Shown here in pieces: positions 29,418-42,149 of a DNA stretch of 64,000 nt. The translations under genes and the position numbers were made by a program. Below the pieces are notes generated by a model. It saw only the letters and a program-made list of their open reading frames with translations, searched no databases and was not told the DNA's origin. Numbering within the stretch: position 1 is the stretch's first letter; the number at the start of each line of letters is the position of its first letter. Source of the DNA: Veleropilina oligotropha (lineage: Eukaryota); the NCBI GenBank assembly GCA_048128005.1, contig JBEUKZ010000047.1, positions 1-64,000 of the forward strand, read 5' to 3'.

Positions 29418-31247
29418 AGGCTATTAAGAGCAAAAGCCAGACGTACCATCAAGCAAAGCAAAAGGGAATCCTGGCATTCCTACGTTACCAAACTAAACTC
29501 TCGTTCCACTTTTAAAAAAACATGGGATATGATCCGTAAAATCAGCGGCAGGCATACACCCAACCGCATCAAGCACCTTAAAGCAAACAACTCAGAAGCC
29601 AACACAGCTAAAGACATCGCAAACACCTTGGCAGACACGTTTTCTGCCAATTCATCATCCAACAACTGCACTCCAAAATTCAGCCGTTTTAAACAGCATA
29701 AAGAAAAAAACAAGGCTCAATTTTAGATCAAGCAATACAGAGTCATACAACCAACCATTTTCACACAAGGAACTCTCAGACTCACTCAATAAGGCACATG
29801 ACACATCAACTGGACCTGATGACATTCACTATCAATTACTTAAGTACTTACCCGAAACATCACTTACAACATTACTTGCAATATTCAACACTATCTGGGA
29901 AACGGGAATCTCCCCTCCCTAGTGGAGGGAAGCTACTATTATCCCAATTGTAAAGGCAGGAAAAGATTTATCACATCCTAACAGTTACCGACCCATAGCC
30001 TTGACCAGTTGTATATGTAAAACCATGGAACGGATGATAAACGAGAGATTAGTTTGGTATCTTGAATCCAATAATTTACTTACAGAATATCAAAGTCGGT
30101 TCCGGCGCAACCGAAGCAACACAGATCACTTGGTACGTCTGGAAACTTTTGTTCGTGAGGCCTTCCTAAACAGACAACATTTAGTTGCTTTTTTTTCGAT
30201 CTAGAGAAGGCCTACGACACTACTTGGAAGTACGGGATTATGAATGATTTGTTTGATTTTGGTTTAAAGGGCCACTTGCCCAATTTTATTTTTAAATTCC
30301 TTGAGGACAGAAATTTTAAAGTCAAGGTGGGTGACATCCTCTCCGATATCTACGACCAGGAGATGGGTGTCCCTCAAGGAAGTATTTTATCAGTCACCCT
30401 ATTCAGTATTAAGATCAACAGTATCGTCAAATGTATTAGTACTGGCACAGACTTCATTATTTGTTGACGATATTGGCATTTGCTATTGTTCAACAAATAT
30501 GAACAGTATAGAACGTCAGCTACAACATGGCCTAAATAAATTACAGACATGGTCCGATGAGAACGGATTTAAATTCTCAAAGCATAAACACATATATAAA
30601 TTCTATTTGGCAGCAATCTTGGAGTGAATGCACAAGGAATAAATTGCAGAATGTCCAACCTCTTCTTGGCCATTGGAGCCACTCTTGCAGACCAACTCGG
30701 CGAGAGGAGGTAGTCCTGGCCAGACTGAGGATTAGGTATTCTCACTACACTCACTCCTACTTACTTAAAGGGGAGCCTCCACCTGAATGTATTCCTTGTG
30801 CAACTGCCCTAACAGTCAAACATATAATATTGGATTGTGTCGATTTGGATCTCGCACGCCAAAAGTACTTTAGGGCAAGCTCACTCCAAGAGTTATTTAA
30901 TATTTGAGTTTTTAAAACAAGTAAATATTTTCTACAAGTTATAATTTTATTTATTTTTTATTTCACAATTTTATATCTTGTTTTATTATTATACTTGTTT
31001 TTTATCAACCTTTTTATTATTTGCCAATTTTGGTATTTTATTGCTTTTGTTGTTTTTTACCTAAATTTGCAATGGCTTTATTTTATTTGGAAGTATATTG
31101 ATTTGTTTTATTTGCATCTGTTTTATTTTTATCAATATGTATCGTAACTTTTAACATTTTATATTAAATTTTTATCTAGTTAAATTGACCGACCCGATTA
31201 TGACCATATAGTGTCGCATGGTCGTTAAACAACAATTCAAATCAAAT
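29418..31247 (+). mobile_element. I/Nimb LINE copy 3, 5'-truncated with a large internal deletion at ~30580
   Basis: ORF2 fragments; jumps from GFKFSK straight to SINTYINSIWQQSW; complete 3'UTR and TCAAA tail. Confidence 0.92.
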
Positions 31248-32755
31248 CTTTGCCTTTCTTGAATTTCGGATAGTAGCATTGCCATTTCGGGACTCCATCT
31301 TTGGTGGTAGCCTGATTGTTGTCACTATTTTCATTATAGTGCAATGCTGCTAAGTACAATCTGAATTATATTCAATAACAAACGATCACCGGATTCATAG
31401 GATGACGTACATTATATGCTTTATATGTTTTATTTCAAATTGACAATGTACTATTGATTCAATGTAGACACAATACGCATAACATATAAGTGATTGATGC
31501 ACAGTTCCACGTATGCTAGCTATTTCGAGCATTTGCTTTTAAATACAAAACATTTTTAAAATGCGATATTAAAATTACATTTTTACTATCTAGTTACAGT
31601 ATTTAAAGAAATGGTATAGCTTTTAAAAGATGTATATAAAACATGTATATTTGTCCCCCCGTCCATTGACTTCATGAAGACTGAAAAATTATTGACATGG
31701 TCATTGCACATCATTTCAACATCTAATTGTAATGCTCATAACTTATGTCCCTGATTCCGTATGAGGTTTTACGACATGAAATATTAAATGGTAGGAAATA
31801 ATAGTTTAGCAATAGGTACATTTTTATTACCGTGCAAGCATTGATGGATAGAAGAAGTGACTACTCTTCGGAGCGAAATGATTGACGATGCTGTGAAACA
31901 CCACTATTCCATACGTCTGATGCGTAGAGAGTTTGGTATATCCATTAATAGATATGGGCTCAGAACAATGGCCGAAACCATCTTGTAGGGTCTGGATCCT
32001 GTAAATATTGGTATTCATTTTTACAATAAATATTAAGATTACTTTTGACAAATACGATAAAATGATATTATTTAAAAAATATAGAATGCTGGACTAGTTT
32101 TATGTGCATACAAGTTGAGTGTTTTAGTAATGATTGGATTGAATATATGCTTACTGTTCTGTATATGTTTACAGCCATCAGGTTCAAAGCAGAAGTTATT
32201 CATATTATCGTGGGAGGAGAGCTTGGTCGCCCGGGGAAAGCCGCTCAGACCTGTTAGAGATAACTGCTTCATAACTGAACAGATAATGTCATGTTCCAAC
32301 CGAGATTCGAACCCACTAATGTTCGTGTCACCAGAATCACGCCAGTGATTTCAGAATCTGCAATGGGAGCGGCCAATTTAGTAATGAATATTACGCAATA
32401 TCTATGCATCTGCCAACATGTATCTACGATATCTGATTTTTATTTGAATATTTCATTGAAGATTGCGACTACATTAAAATGAAGAATTTATTACAAACAG
32501 TAAATTATAAACCTTCTTTAATCCATTCACGGTCTTCAAGTAATCCATGTTCACAGCGAGGGTACTCTGGTGAATGTCCGGCATGCTTATCTGCCATGTG
32601 GTTGATCACAGACTTCCATTTTGCTAATTTTAAATAACCATCATCAGCCGATGTCATGGCTGTCCAGTAGAGATGGTTGGTTATGGACTTTATTCATTGA
32701 TAGATGACCTCGGACCCTTTCTTCTTGGCAGAAGCTTCCAATTTCTTTGTGACAC
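31248..32755 (-). pseudogene. Kolobok-like transposase, C-terminal exons
   Basis: Exons 32755-32513 (GVTKKLEASAKKKG..ITNHLYW..KWKSVINHMADKH..PRCEHG), ~31935-31831 (KLSTHQT..FHSIVNHFAPKSSHFFYPSMLAR) and 31360-31248 (LYLAALHYNENS..YPKFKKGK), with AG/GT borders visible. Confidence 0.7.
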
Positions 32756-33209
32756 CTGTTGAAATTATTATTAATGCATGGTAAAATCCATTAGCAATAA
32801 AATGCCAGTGTCATTGCTTCTTGGCGAAGGTAACATTTTATTTATTGTAGAACTAGAAAGAACGATGCTTAATGTCCTGTATATTTCCAACCATCATTTG
32901 GTTCAAAGCAGGATATGCCCATATTATTGCGGGAGGAAAACATGGTCACCCGGGGAAATCCGCCCTCTCCAACCAGTTACGGACAACTGTGACTGATAGC
33001 GTGAACAAATAATGCCATATCCCAACCGAGATGCGAACCCACTACTGTTTGCATCAGCGGAATCAGGCACACGGCTGTCGAAACAGTCTTTTAATACTTA
33101 GAAGTTACTAACTTACTTTTAATATATTTATCAATCTTATGTAAGTAGATGGACCATAATCACGTAATGATGGCCTGTGACGTTGTCATTGTTTCATAAA
33201 CATGTTTCA

Positions 33210-34772
33210 CCCGCAGTTGGTTAGGGGTTAGAATATGCTGACTGCTCTCCCTGCAGAGGGGTAAGACCCCCAAATGGGAGCCACCTGTTTGCCGTGGGTC
33301 GCGACCCGTGATATTGGAGAAGAGGATCCTGGTAGTTGAGCTGAAGCAACACACTACTTTGGCCTCGGATTCAACTAGACGAGAGGTCAGATAGGCCCTA
33401 TCGGATCAATCGGCTTGTCACGCCGTGCCCTGGGATAATATATTTTAATATTACAACATCATTTATATATTTCGATCAGAACATTTTATATAACAGACCA
33501 TATACCATCAATCGATCTATCTCCCAGAAGGCGGTGGCTGAAGGGTCAGGTCAATTAAGTGAGTAATGAATGGTGGGATATACACTTCCCACCACAACAT
33601 TCATTAAACCCATTTGAGTATATCACCCGGGTATCCCTGGTATTGAGTGCTGGAATTCCGCACTCGTTAAATTCCCCCTTGTTGGGCTCCGGGGTGGGCT
33701 GGGACCTCGGGTGATGAAACTTAAAACACAACACCATGGCTACACCACAATTACATTCACTTAAACGTAGAAAAAATTGACTCTTTTGATGATGATCCGG
33801 ACGACTACCACTTGGCCCAATATAGGCTCAGCCAATCTGATTATCTCTCAACCAAACAAACACCTATCACTCCGGTATACCATGAAGAGAATTGGCCTCG
33901 TTTTTTTACCATGGAGTCAAAGACTGAAAAGGATATCACTATTCTCAGTCCGTTCGCCAAGGCCATTCTTGGCCTGGCTGGCGAACCAAAAATGGTAAAA
34001 AAACTAAGAGATGGCAAACTGCTGGTTGAATGCGCCAGAAAGAGCCACACGGAAAACCTCCTGAAAACAACATCGTTTATCAACAATCCAGTTGAAATCC
34101 GCTCGCATCGGACCTTAAATTCATCAAAGGGTGTTGTCAGATCTAGGGATCTGCAGGGATGCAGTGATCTAGAATTACTGGAAGGCCTGAAGGACCAGGG
34201 TGTAACCAAGGTTACACGCCTGACAATCAACAAGGACGGCAAGAGAGTGCCAATCAACACCTTTATCCTGGACTTCGACCTTCCAGTACTACCCAAGAAT
34301 ATCAATGGTGGATTTATAAGCATCCCTGTTGATCCTTACATCCCTAACCCTTTGAGGTGTTTCAAATACCAGTCATTTGGACACCATAAGGACCGATGCC
34401 GGCGTAATTCCGCGAGTGCCCGATGCAGTGAAGAGGGCCACGAGCCTGACTCGTGTACGAAGACGCCATGCTGCACTATTTGTCAGGGTAAGCATTGCGC
34501 TTACTCTAAAGACTTCCCGAAATGGAAGCACGAGAAGGAGATTCAACGGGTCAAGACCATCGACCGAATCTCCTTCCCCGATGCTAGGAGAGTAGTGGCG
34601 TCCAGGGCTCCAAAGGTTCCTTCGGGTAGTTCTCATGCTACAACTGCTGCAGTGGCGTCCAAACCACCTACACGGTCTTCTTCAGTGCAAACTGACATCA
34701 CATGGCCATTCGACTCTTCCACATATAAAGTTTTGCCATCTCGGCCAAAGTCATCTGGATCATCATCAACAA
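33210..34772 (+). mobile_element. I/Nimb LINE copy 4 (divergent subfamily): 5'UTR plus most of ORF1, cut by copy 5
   Basis: 5' motif CAGTTGGTTAGGGGTTAGAATATGCTGACTG; ORF1 33736/33812 onward with knuckles; noticeably more diverged from the other ORF1s. Confidence 0.9.
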
Positions 34773-36710
34773 CCCCCAGTCGGTTAGGTGTTAGAATATG
34801 CCGACTGCTCTCCCTGCAGAGGGGTAAGATCCCCCAAATGGGAGCCACCTGTTTGCTGTGGGTGGCGACCCGTGATGTTGGAAAAGAGGGTCCTGGTAGT
34901 TGAGCTTCGGCTGAAGCAACACACTACTTTGACCTCGGATTCAGCTAGACAGGGGGTCAGATAGGCCCTATCTGATCAATCGGCTTGTCATGCCGTGCCC
35001 TGGGCTAATTTAAATGTAACATTTAATATATTACACATTAACATCTGAATTCATCTAATACAATAGATCATATACCACTCTTTGTTCTATATCCCAGAAG
35101 GCGGTGGCAGAAGGGTCAATCAAGTGAGGAATGAATGGTGGGATATACACTTCCCACCAACAATATTCGTTATGTTATTTGAGTATATCACCCGGGTATC
35201 CCTGGCATTGGGTGCTGGAATTCCGCACCCATTAAATGCCCCCTTGTTGGGCTCCGGGGTGGGCGGGGACCTCGGGTGACGAAACTTTACAATAAATCAT
35301 GGCACACCATTACACACTTAAACGACGGAAAAATGTTGATTCTGACGATGATGATGATGACGCGAAGTTTATATCCGCTTTCCGGTCGATTCCATTCGAT
35401 CCTGAGATAGAAGCTCCTTATAAGCCTGACCCTCCACCTTCTGTACCGGAAAGCTGGCCAAGGTTCTTGACGATCGAGGCCCTTAACTCGAATACTCCAA
35501 TAACTTCACTGAGTCCGTTCGCTATATCCAAGGCCATCCTCGGCCTTGCAGGCGAACCTCGATCTGTCAAGAAACTTCGAGATGGCACACTACTGGTGGA
35601 ATGCGCCAGAAAGAGCCATGCGGAGAATCTAATTAGAACTGATAAATTTGTTAACATTCCAGTTGAAATCAGACCGCATCGGTCCTTGAACAGCTCCAAG
35701 GGTGTTATTAGATCTAGGGATCTGCAGGGATGCAGCGAACAGGAACTGCTGGAAGGCATGAAGAGCCAGGGTGTAACTAAGGTTACATGCCTGACCATGT
35801 TTAAAGATGGAAAGAAGATCCCCATCAATACCATCATCCTGGACTTCCACCTTCCTGTTCTACCTAGAACAATTAAAGCAGGTTATACAATCATCCCTGT
35901 AGAGCCCTACATCCCAAACCCCTTGAGATGCTTCAAATGCCAAGCATTTGGACATCACAAGGACCGATGCAAGAGAAACTCCGCATGTGCTCGTTGTAGC
36001 GAGGAGGGTCATGAGAGTGACTCCTGCTCCAATCCACCTCTATGTTGCAATTGCAGGGGTAAGCATTTTGTTTACTCCAAGGACTGCCCGAAGTGGAAGC
36101 ATGAGAAAGAGATCCAAAGGGTCAAAACCATCGACCGGATCTCTTTCCCTGATGCTAGGAAACTGGTGGAATCCATGACTCCTTCGGGTAGATCCTATGC
36201 CGCAGTTGTTACAGCAAAGGAGCAGAAACCCATCACTCGATCCTCTTCGACGCAAACTGACATTACCTGGCCATTTGGTGAACATTCTTCAGTATTTTAC
36301 CATCCCAAAATAAATCATCATCAGAATCAACCCAAACATCAAAGCCTATCAAACCGACCAAACCTACTCGCAACTCGAAAAAGGAGACTGCTGCTGTTTC
36401 TAAAGCAGCAGTCTCAAGAAGAACTAGCATTACGCCAGATAGACAGCCCAAAGGGTGCGAGGACCCATAATCGCTTTGATCATCTGATGGATACCATCGA
36501 ACCATCGGATGACCAAAGCGATCCTGACACTATCATCAAAGACCTTGCCGCTGACATAGTTGCTGCTGCTACCGAGAAGGGTAGGAAGACTGCAGCAGCA
36601 GTCAAAGTAAAGCTAAATCGACAGATTAAGGTGGTGGATGATCCACCCCTACCAGCACCGTCTGTTGAAGATCCAATGGACGATAAACCATTGGATCGGC
36701 CAGTGGCAAT
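34773..36710 (+). mobile_element. I/Nimb LINE copy 5: 5'UTR plus ORF1 (starts 35299), fused to the R2-like array
   Basis: Starts CCCCCAGTCGGTTAGG; ends ..GGCCAGTGGCAAT, where R2-like sequence begins. Confidence 0.92.
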
Positions 36711-37583
36711 GAATTCAGCAATCTTCATGTTGATTGACCTATCCCCAACAAGTTGGGTGTTCAGTTCCATGATAAGCCGATCATCCTCCGGAGAGAATAT
36801 CTTCGATCTGACAGTAGGGTGCTGTCCTCCCCCTGCGCGCTCGGACAATTGGGTGGCCCGAGCATCTCGCTTTCGGACGATCTCCTCCCTTAGAGCCTTT
36901 ATCCGCCTTTCGTTCGCCACGATTGGGTGGCGATGGCGGATGTGCTGACCCAGTCCTACCTTCGTTTCAAAGGACTGGCTGCAGTTCTCACACGGACATA
37001 GGAACGATCGCTCCGGTGTTGCAGTTTCATCAGCGGGTCTTATGAGGCCCTTTCTGCATTTGCCGTGATGGATGGCAATGCCTTTCAGGGATGGAAGAGT
37101 TTTACGACACAGGCGGCACATGAACCTGATGAATTCATTAGAGTGTCTGTCCTCCATATGATTCATCAGAGCCTGGGGATCGATGAATGATTCCCGACAG
37201 GCCGCACAAGTATGTTCTCGATAAGGGTACAATATGGTGAAGGTGGAGTCACCGCCCTCCATGGTTTCAATTGGTACGCCTTCCGAAGGCTCGAAATCCG
37301 TCGTGCTGAAGTCGACACCCAGCCAATCCGGGAGGTTACCTGGACGAACCAGGACCTGATTGACGTAAATGCAACTCCGCGTGAATACCATGTCAGGTAT
37401 GTACCGCACGATAGCTTCCCTATCTCTCGTGGTTGGGCTACTAGGTGGTGGGCTGCCATTCCTAGTCCCCTTCCACGTTCCGGACTCGAGTCAATGGGGT
37501 TGGCCAGCTGGGACCTTCCCCCGGCGCTTTTTATAGCAGGGTGCCGACTGCTGCATATCTCTGGGTGTTTCCAAGATAGTCAT
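36711..37583 (-). pseudogene. R2-like unit 1, N-terminal part (3 zinc fingers + Myb start)
   Basis: CAAC..H..H, CRLC..H..C, CENC..HIRHRH, KIFSPEDDRLI; matches units 2 and 3. Confidence 0.9.
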
Positions 37584-37629
37584 ATTATCGATCAGGTAGA
37601 GCCGGATGCTTACTGAGATAATTTGCTGG

Positions 37630-37924
37630 TAGCGATTTGTTTCGGTCTTTCGACTTACTCACGACTCACACCACGGGGAGGTTGCTATTAGAGGAAGAGA
37701 ACACATAGAATCTTGCGTTCGTAGTCCGTGTCATGTTTCCGCCCCATGTGGGCCTACGTTCAACGCCGCGGATCTACGAGATGTTCGTTATGATCGTACT
37801 ACCCCACCGTGGCTATTCCGACCTCAGCCAAGGGTGTGGTGGCCCTTAGCTTCTGGCCATGTAGCCGCCCTTATCCACTTACCCAGCGATTCGGGTAAGT
37901 ATAAGGCCCTGTTGAGCTCGAATC
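37630..37924 (-). ncRNA. Candidate HDV-like self-cleaving ribozyme in the R2-like 5'UTR (also 41716-42010 and 55933-56227)
   Basis: Minus strand TAGCA-ACC-TCCCCGT-GGT-GTGAGTC...GTCGAAAGAC..CAAAT-CGCTA matches the P2/P3/L3/P1'/P4/J4-2/P2' order of R2 ribozymes. The P1 5' strand is uncertain (GATTCG at 37924-37919); P1.1 and P2 are imperfect. Confidence 0.5.
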
Positions 37925-38063
37925 GGACACATATACGGCACATGGCTTTCGCCTTTATTCGGAACAACGTACAGGAAAATGGATGAATACGATCAAAAGC
38001 ACAACGGCGCTAACATATGTACACGATCGGTGTCACAGCTGGCCCCAGTCCCTCGGGCTCGGC

Positions 38064-41000
38064 TTATAAGTCCATAAACAGATGGAGGAGGTTTATGGTA
38101 CCCTTGATTTCTAGCCTTGCTAGATGGTCTGCGAACCCCCGATCTCGGATTCCTAGCTTTCTCAAGGTTCGCGAGTTGTCAGCTGTCCATCCTCCCCGAC
38201 AGCCAACAGCCAGTCCACATACTGTGACTGATTCAGCACCAAAACGGTCTTTGATTTGATCCACCAGATGTGCATATTTCCGTACCTTCTCAGCATTTGC
38301 TATGCAGAGTGAACGGCCGGATTCATACACAACAGTCGGATCAATGACCATTGCTGTGCCCTCTCTTGTCATAACCAGGTCAGGCTTCCAGTTCCTACCA
38401 GTTTCATCACGAATACGAGGTTCGTAGCATACGACCCAACCTACACTCTTGCACCTGTTGGCCAGGGCGTCCGCAATCATGTTATGACGTTTTATCCGAT
38501 ACGCTTTAACCTTCGGACAGTGTCCCGATATATGCCCCACTGTCTCTGTCGTTAGTCCAGTGACGACAGAGTGCATCCGACGGACGCCCCGCGCGGGCCA
38601 GTGTTGCTCTACATGGGAATGTATCTGTTCTAAGTTTAATCGCCGTGATAAACTCGCTCTCGGACAGGAATACACGGGCCGGATCTAGCCAGGAGTTTGC
38701 CTCCCTCATACTCAGGTAGTTCCTCCCTTTGCCTGCACAGCTCAGATCGGACCAGTCCTTGATCGCAACCTTTCGCCAGTTCGCTTTACCCTTCGCCCCC
38801 TTTGGTGGCGGAATCCCTGACTTAGTGGCATACGACATGATCTCGTCATTCGTACGCATCACCTCACACATCCTTCGGATCTTGGGGTCTTTGCTGTGGG
38901 TGATGCTGTTAAGCAGGTTCATCCGCCCCGCCGGTACACTTCTAACAAACTCCGGAAGGCCGAGGCCCCCTTTGGTTTTATGCGTGTACAGGAAAGCGTT
39001 TGCAGAACATTCAGGAAGTGAGAACCACTTCCTCACATGTCTTCTGACCATGTGATCTAGATCCAGTAATACCCCTTTCGGGTATTTTTCCATCATCAAC
39101 GGGTACGTTATCCTCGGGAACGCATACATGGTGAGCATAACAAGCTTTTGCCGCGGCATGAGCGAAGCCTTATCTATACTCATCAGCATGCCTCGTAATA
39201 GGCTGACCACCTTCCTTTTGACTTTGGTGACCCATGGGCTCACCTTACTGCCAAGATACTTGGTAGTATCCTCCGGGCCAATAAGGGGCACCTCCTCTCC
39301 CCCTATTACTAGGGGTTCCGTGAAGTCATTAACACTAAAAGTGTTCTTCCCTGCCGGCTTGATGTAGAAAGTGGCCGATTTTCTCACATTGAGTCGCATA
39401 CCAGTCGCCTGACAGAAGTCGTTGACAAGGTCCAAATTAGTCGACATATCTCCTGGCGAACTCGTCATCAACGCATTGTCATCTGCATAAGCTAGGGCCT
39501 CGATGAGATCGTCCAATTCATCACCGAACTTAAAGCCATTTTTCTGTTCCGAGATCATTGCCAATAGAGGGTCCATGGCAATGTTGAACAGCAACTGTGA
39601 CAGAGGGTCTCCCTGTTTAACGCCTCGTGTCATTGGGATCTTTCCCGTTTTGCCCTTCGCGGTCACGAAAACGGTAGAGGCATCGTGATATAAATCCTTG
39701 ACTACCTCGATAAAATGACTGTCAGTTTGGAAACGTTCAAGACCTGCAACAAGGTGCAGGTGCAAGACCGTGTCAAAAGGCCTTCGCCAGATCAAGAGCC
39801 GCGACACAAAGGGGGTTTCTGTTCTTGTTAGCATGTTCTATCACTCGCTCGAGCAGGTAGTTGTTCTCCGCACAGCCCGGTGCCGCTATAAATCCCCTCT
39901 GTCTTTCATTCAGGTCGAAAGACTCTAGTACTCTTCGAGCTATAACGCTGGTGTATAGTCTTAGCAGTACCGAACTGATTGTCAGTGGTCTCCAGTTGTT
40001 AACGTCCTCGAGGCCTTCCGAGGTCTTTGGAAGAAGGATAGATCGATTCTCCTTCACCACTGACGGGATTTTTGCTGTGCACAGCCAAGTGTTGAACATG
40101 TTAGTCAAGAACAGCCCCTTCGGATTGCTCCTGATCACCGTTCTTAAGCCAATACTATTAGGACCTTTGGCCGAGTCCTTTTTAGCCCGGGCTAGCACGC
40201 GCGTAACTTCTCCGACCTTAATGGGTTTACATAGCTTAGCGTTGTCTACTGGATGTGGAACCGGATACGGATCGAGGTTGACCGGTTGTGACTCGCCCCC
40301 AAAACGAGCTCTGTACGTGCTTTCCACGTCAACAGGATCGAGGTCACATTTCGTGTCGAGCTCTTTTTGATCGAGGATGATCTTAGCCAACCCTGTCCTG
40401 TTCTCTTGGAACAGGTATTGGTGGCTGTGATATTTTGACGCCTTCTCCTTGGCTTTATCGCCCACGGGATTGCCCTGTTTCATCCGGGTGCTTTTGACTT
40501 TCGGTTTCCGCTTAGGCGCACTCGTTTTGCACTCAGTGATCAGGCTGCCAAGAAGAGCTTCCATATCACTCTCATCATATTCCCCATCTGCCGCACTAGT
40601 TAGGATTAACGCACTCTTCAAGACCAGGTAGCCTTTACCGTTTTTGCAAACGGCCTCATGGAAAGCATCTTTATCCATGATGGACTTGGGCTGCTGCACC
40701 TTTGTTGGTGCTTCATTTGGTTTGACCGGTTCGGGTTCCATCTCAATATGTCTCGTCTTAGTGAGGCCGAGACCATCGCATCTAGTACCCACTTGTTTGG
40801 CTGATCTTCCTGGAAAGAATTCAGCAATCTTCATGTTGATTGACCTATCCCCAACAAGTTGGGTGTTCAGTTCCATGATAAGCCGATCATCCTCCGGAGA
40901 GAATATCTTCGATCTGACAGTAGGGTGCTGTCCCCCCCTGCCCGCTCGGACAATTGGCCGGCCCGAGCATCTCGCTTTCGGACGATCTCCTCCCTTAGTG

Positions 41001-41669
41001 CCTTTATCCGCCTTTCGTTGGCCACGATTGGGTGGCGATGGCGGATGTGCTGACCCAGTCCTACCTTCGTTTCAAAGGACTGGCTGCAGTTCTCACACGG
41101 ACATAGGAACGATCGCTCCGGTGTTGCAGTTTCATCAGCGGGTCTTATGAGGCCCTTTCTGCATTTGCCGTGATGGATGGCAATGCCTTTCAGGGATGGA
41201 AGAGTTTTACGACACAGGCGGCACATGAACATGATGAATCCATATGATTCATCAGAGCCTGGGGATCGATGAATGATTCCCGACAGGCCGCACAAGTATG
41301 TTCTCGATAAGGGTACAATATGGTGATGGTGGAGTCACCACCCTCCATGGTTTCAATTGGTACGTCTTCCGAAGGCTCGAAATCCGTTGTGTTGAAGTCG
41401 ACACCCAGCCAATCCGGGAGGTTACCTGGACGAACCAGGACCTGATTGACGTAAATGCAACTCCGCGTGAATACCATGTCAGGTATGTACCGCACGATAG
41501 CTTCCCTATCTCTCGTGGTTGGGCTACTAGGTGGTGGGCTGCCATTCCTAGTCCCCTTCCACGTTCCGGACTCGAGGCAATGGGGTTGGCCAGCTGGGAC
41601 CTTCCCCCGGCGCTTTTTATAGCAGGGTGCCGACTGCTGCATATCTCTGGGTGTATCCAAGATAGTCAT
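38064..41669 (-). mobile_element. R2-A-like non-LTR retrotransposon unit 2, full-length ORF with frameshifts
   Basis: ZFx3, Myb, RT (WRPLTI, QRGF, LDLAKAF, RGVKQGDPLS, AYADD, KYLG), C-terminal CRH..ETVGHISGHC, RHN, WKPDLV, VIDPTV, EKVRKY (restriction-like endonuclease). Confidence 0.93.
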
Positions 41670-42149
41670 ATTATCGATCAGGTAGAGCAGGATGCTTACT
41701 GAGATAATTTGCTGGTAGCGATTTGTTTCGGTCTTTCGACTTACTCACGACTCACACCACGGGGAGGTTGCTATTAGAGGAAGAGAACACATAGAATCTT
41801 GCGTTCGTATTCCGTGTCGTGTTTCCACCCCATGTGGGCCTACGTTCAACGCCGCGGATCTACGAGATGTTCGTTATGATCGTACTACCCCACCGTGGCT
41901 ATTCCGACCTCAGCCAAGGGTGTGGTGGCCCTTAGCTTCTGGCCATGTAGCCGCCCTTATCCACTTACCCAGCGATTCGGGTAAGTATAAGGCCCTGTTG
42001 AGCTCGAATCGGACACATATACGGCACATGGCTTTCGCCTTTATTCGGAACAACGTACAGGAAAATGGATGAATACGATCAAAAGCGCAACGGCTCTAAC
42101 ATATGTACACGATCGGTGTCACAGCTGGCCCCAGTCCCTCGGGCTCTGC

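Noticed and set aside
29400..31260. TSD around LINE copy 3
   Set aside because: The flanks (GCTTGTCGAC vs CTTTGCCTTT) show no duplication.
35299..36948. 549-aa ORF, and the reciprocal 36480-37409 ORF, as novel gag/R2 fusion proteins
   Set aside because: They read through a rearrangement junction at 36710 into the antisense strand of the other element, after a frameshift.
37212..37616. Recurrent 134-aa + strand ORF (also 41298 and 55515) and other short antisense ORFs in LINE/R2 copies
   Set aside because: They recur only because the repeats are near-identical; no motif supports a real protein.
37636..37668. Hammerhead ribozyme (GTCGAAAGAC-CGAAAC on - strand)
   Set aside because: There is no CUGANGA core upstream; the hairpin fits better as P4 of an HDV-like fold.
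37894..37902. ATACTTACC, identical to the U1 snRNA 5' end, as an snRNA target site
   Set aside because: No further U1 similarity; it is one arm of a local hairpin.
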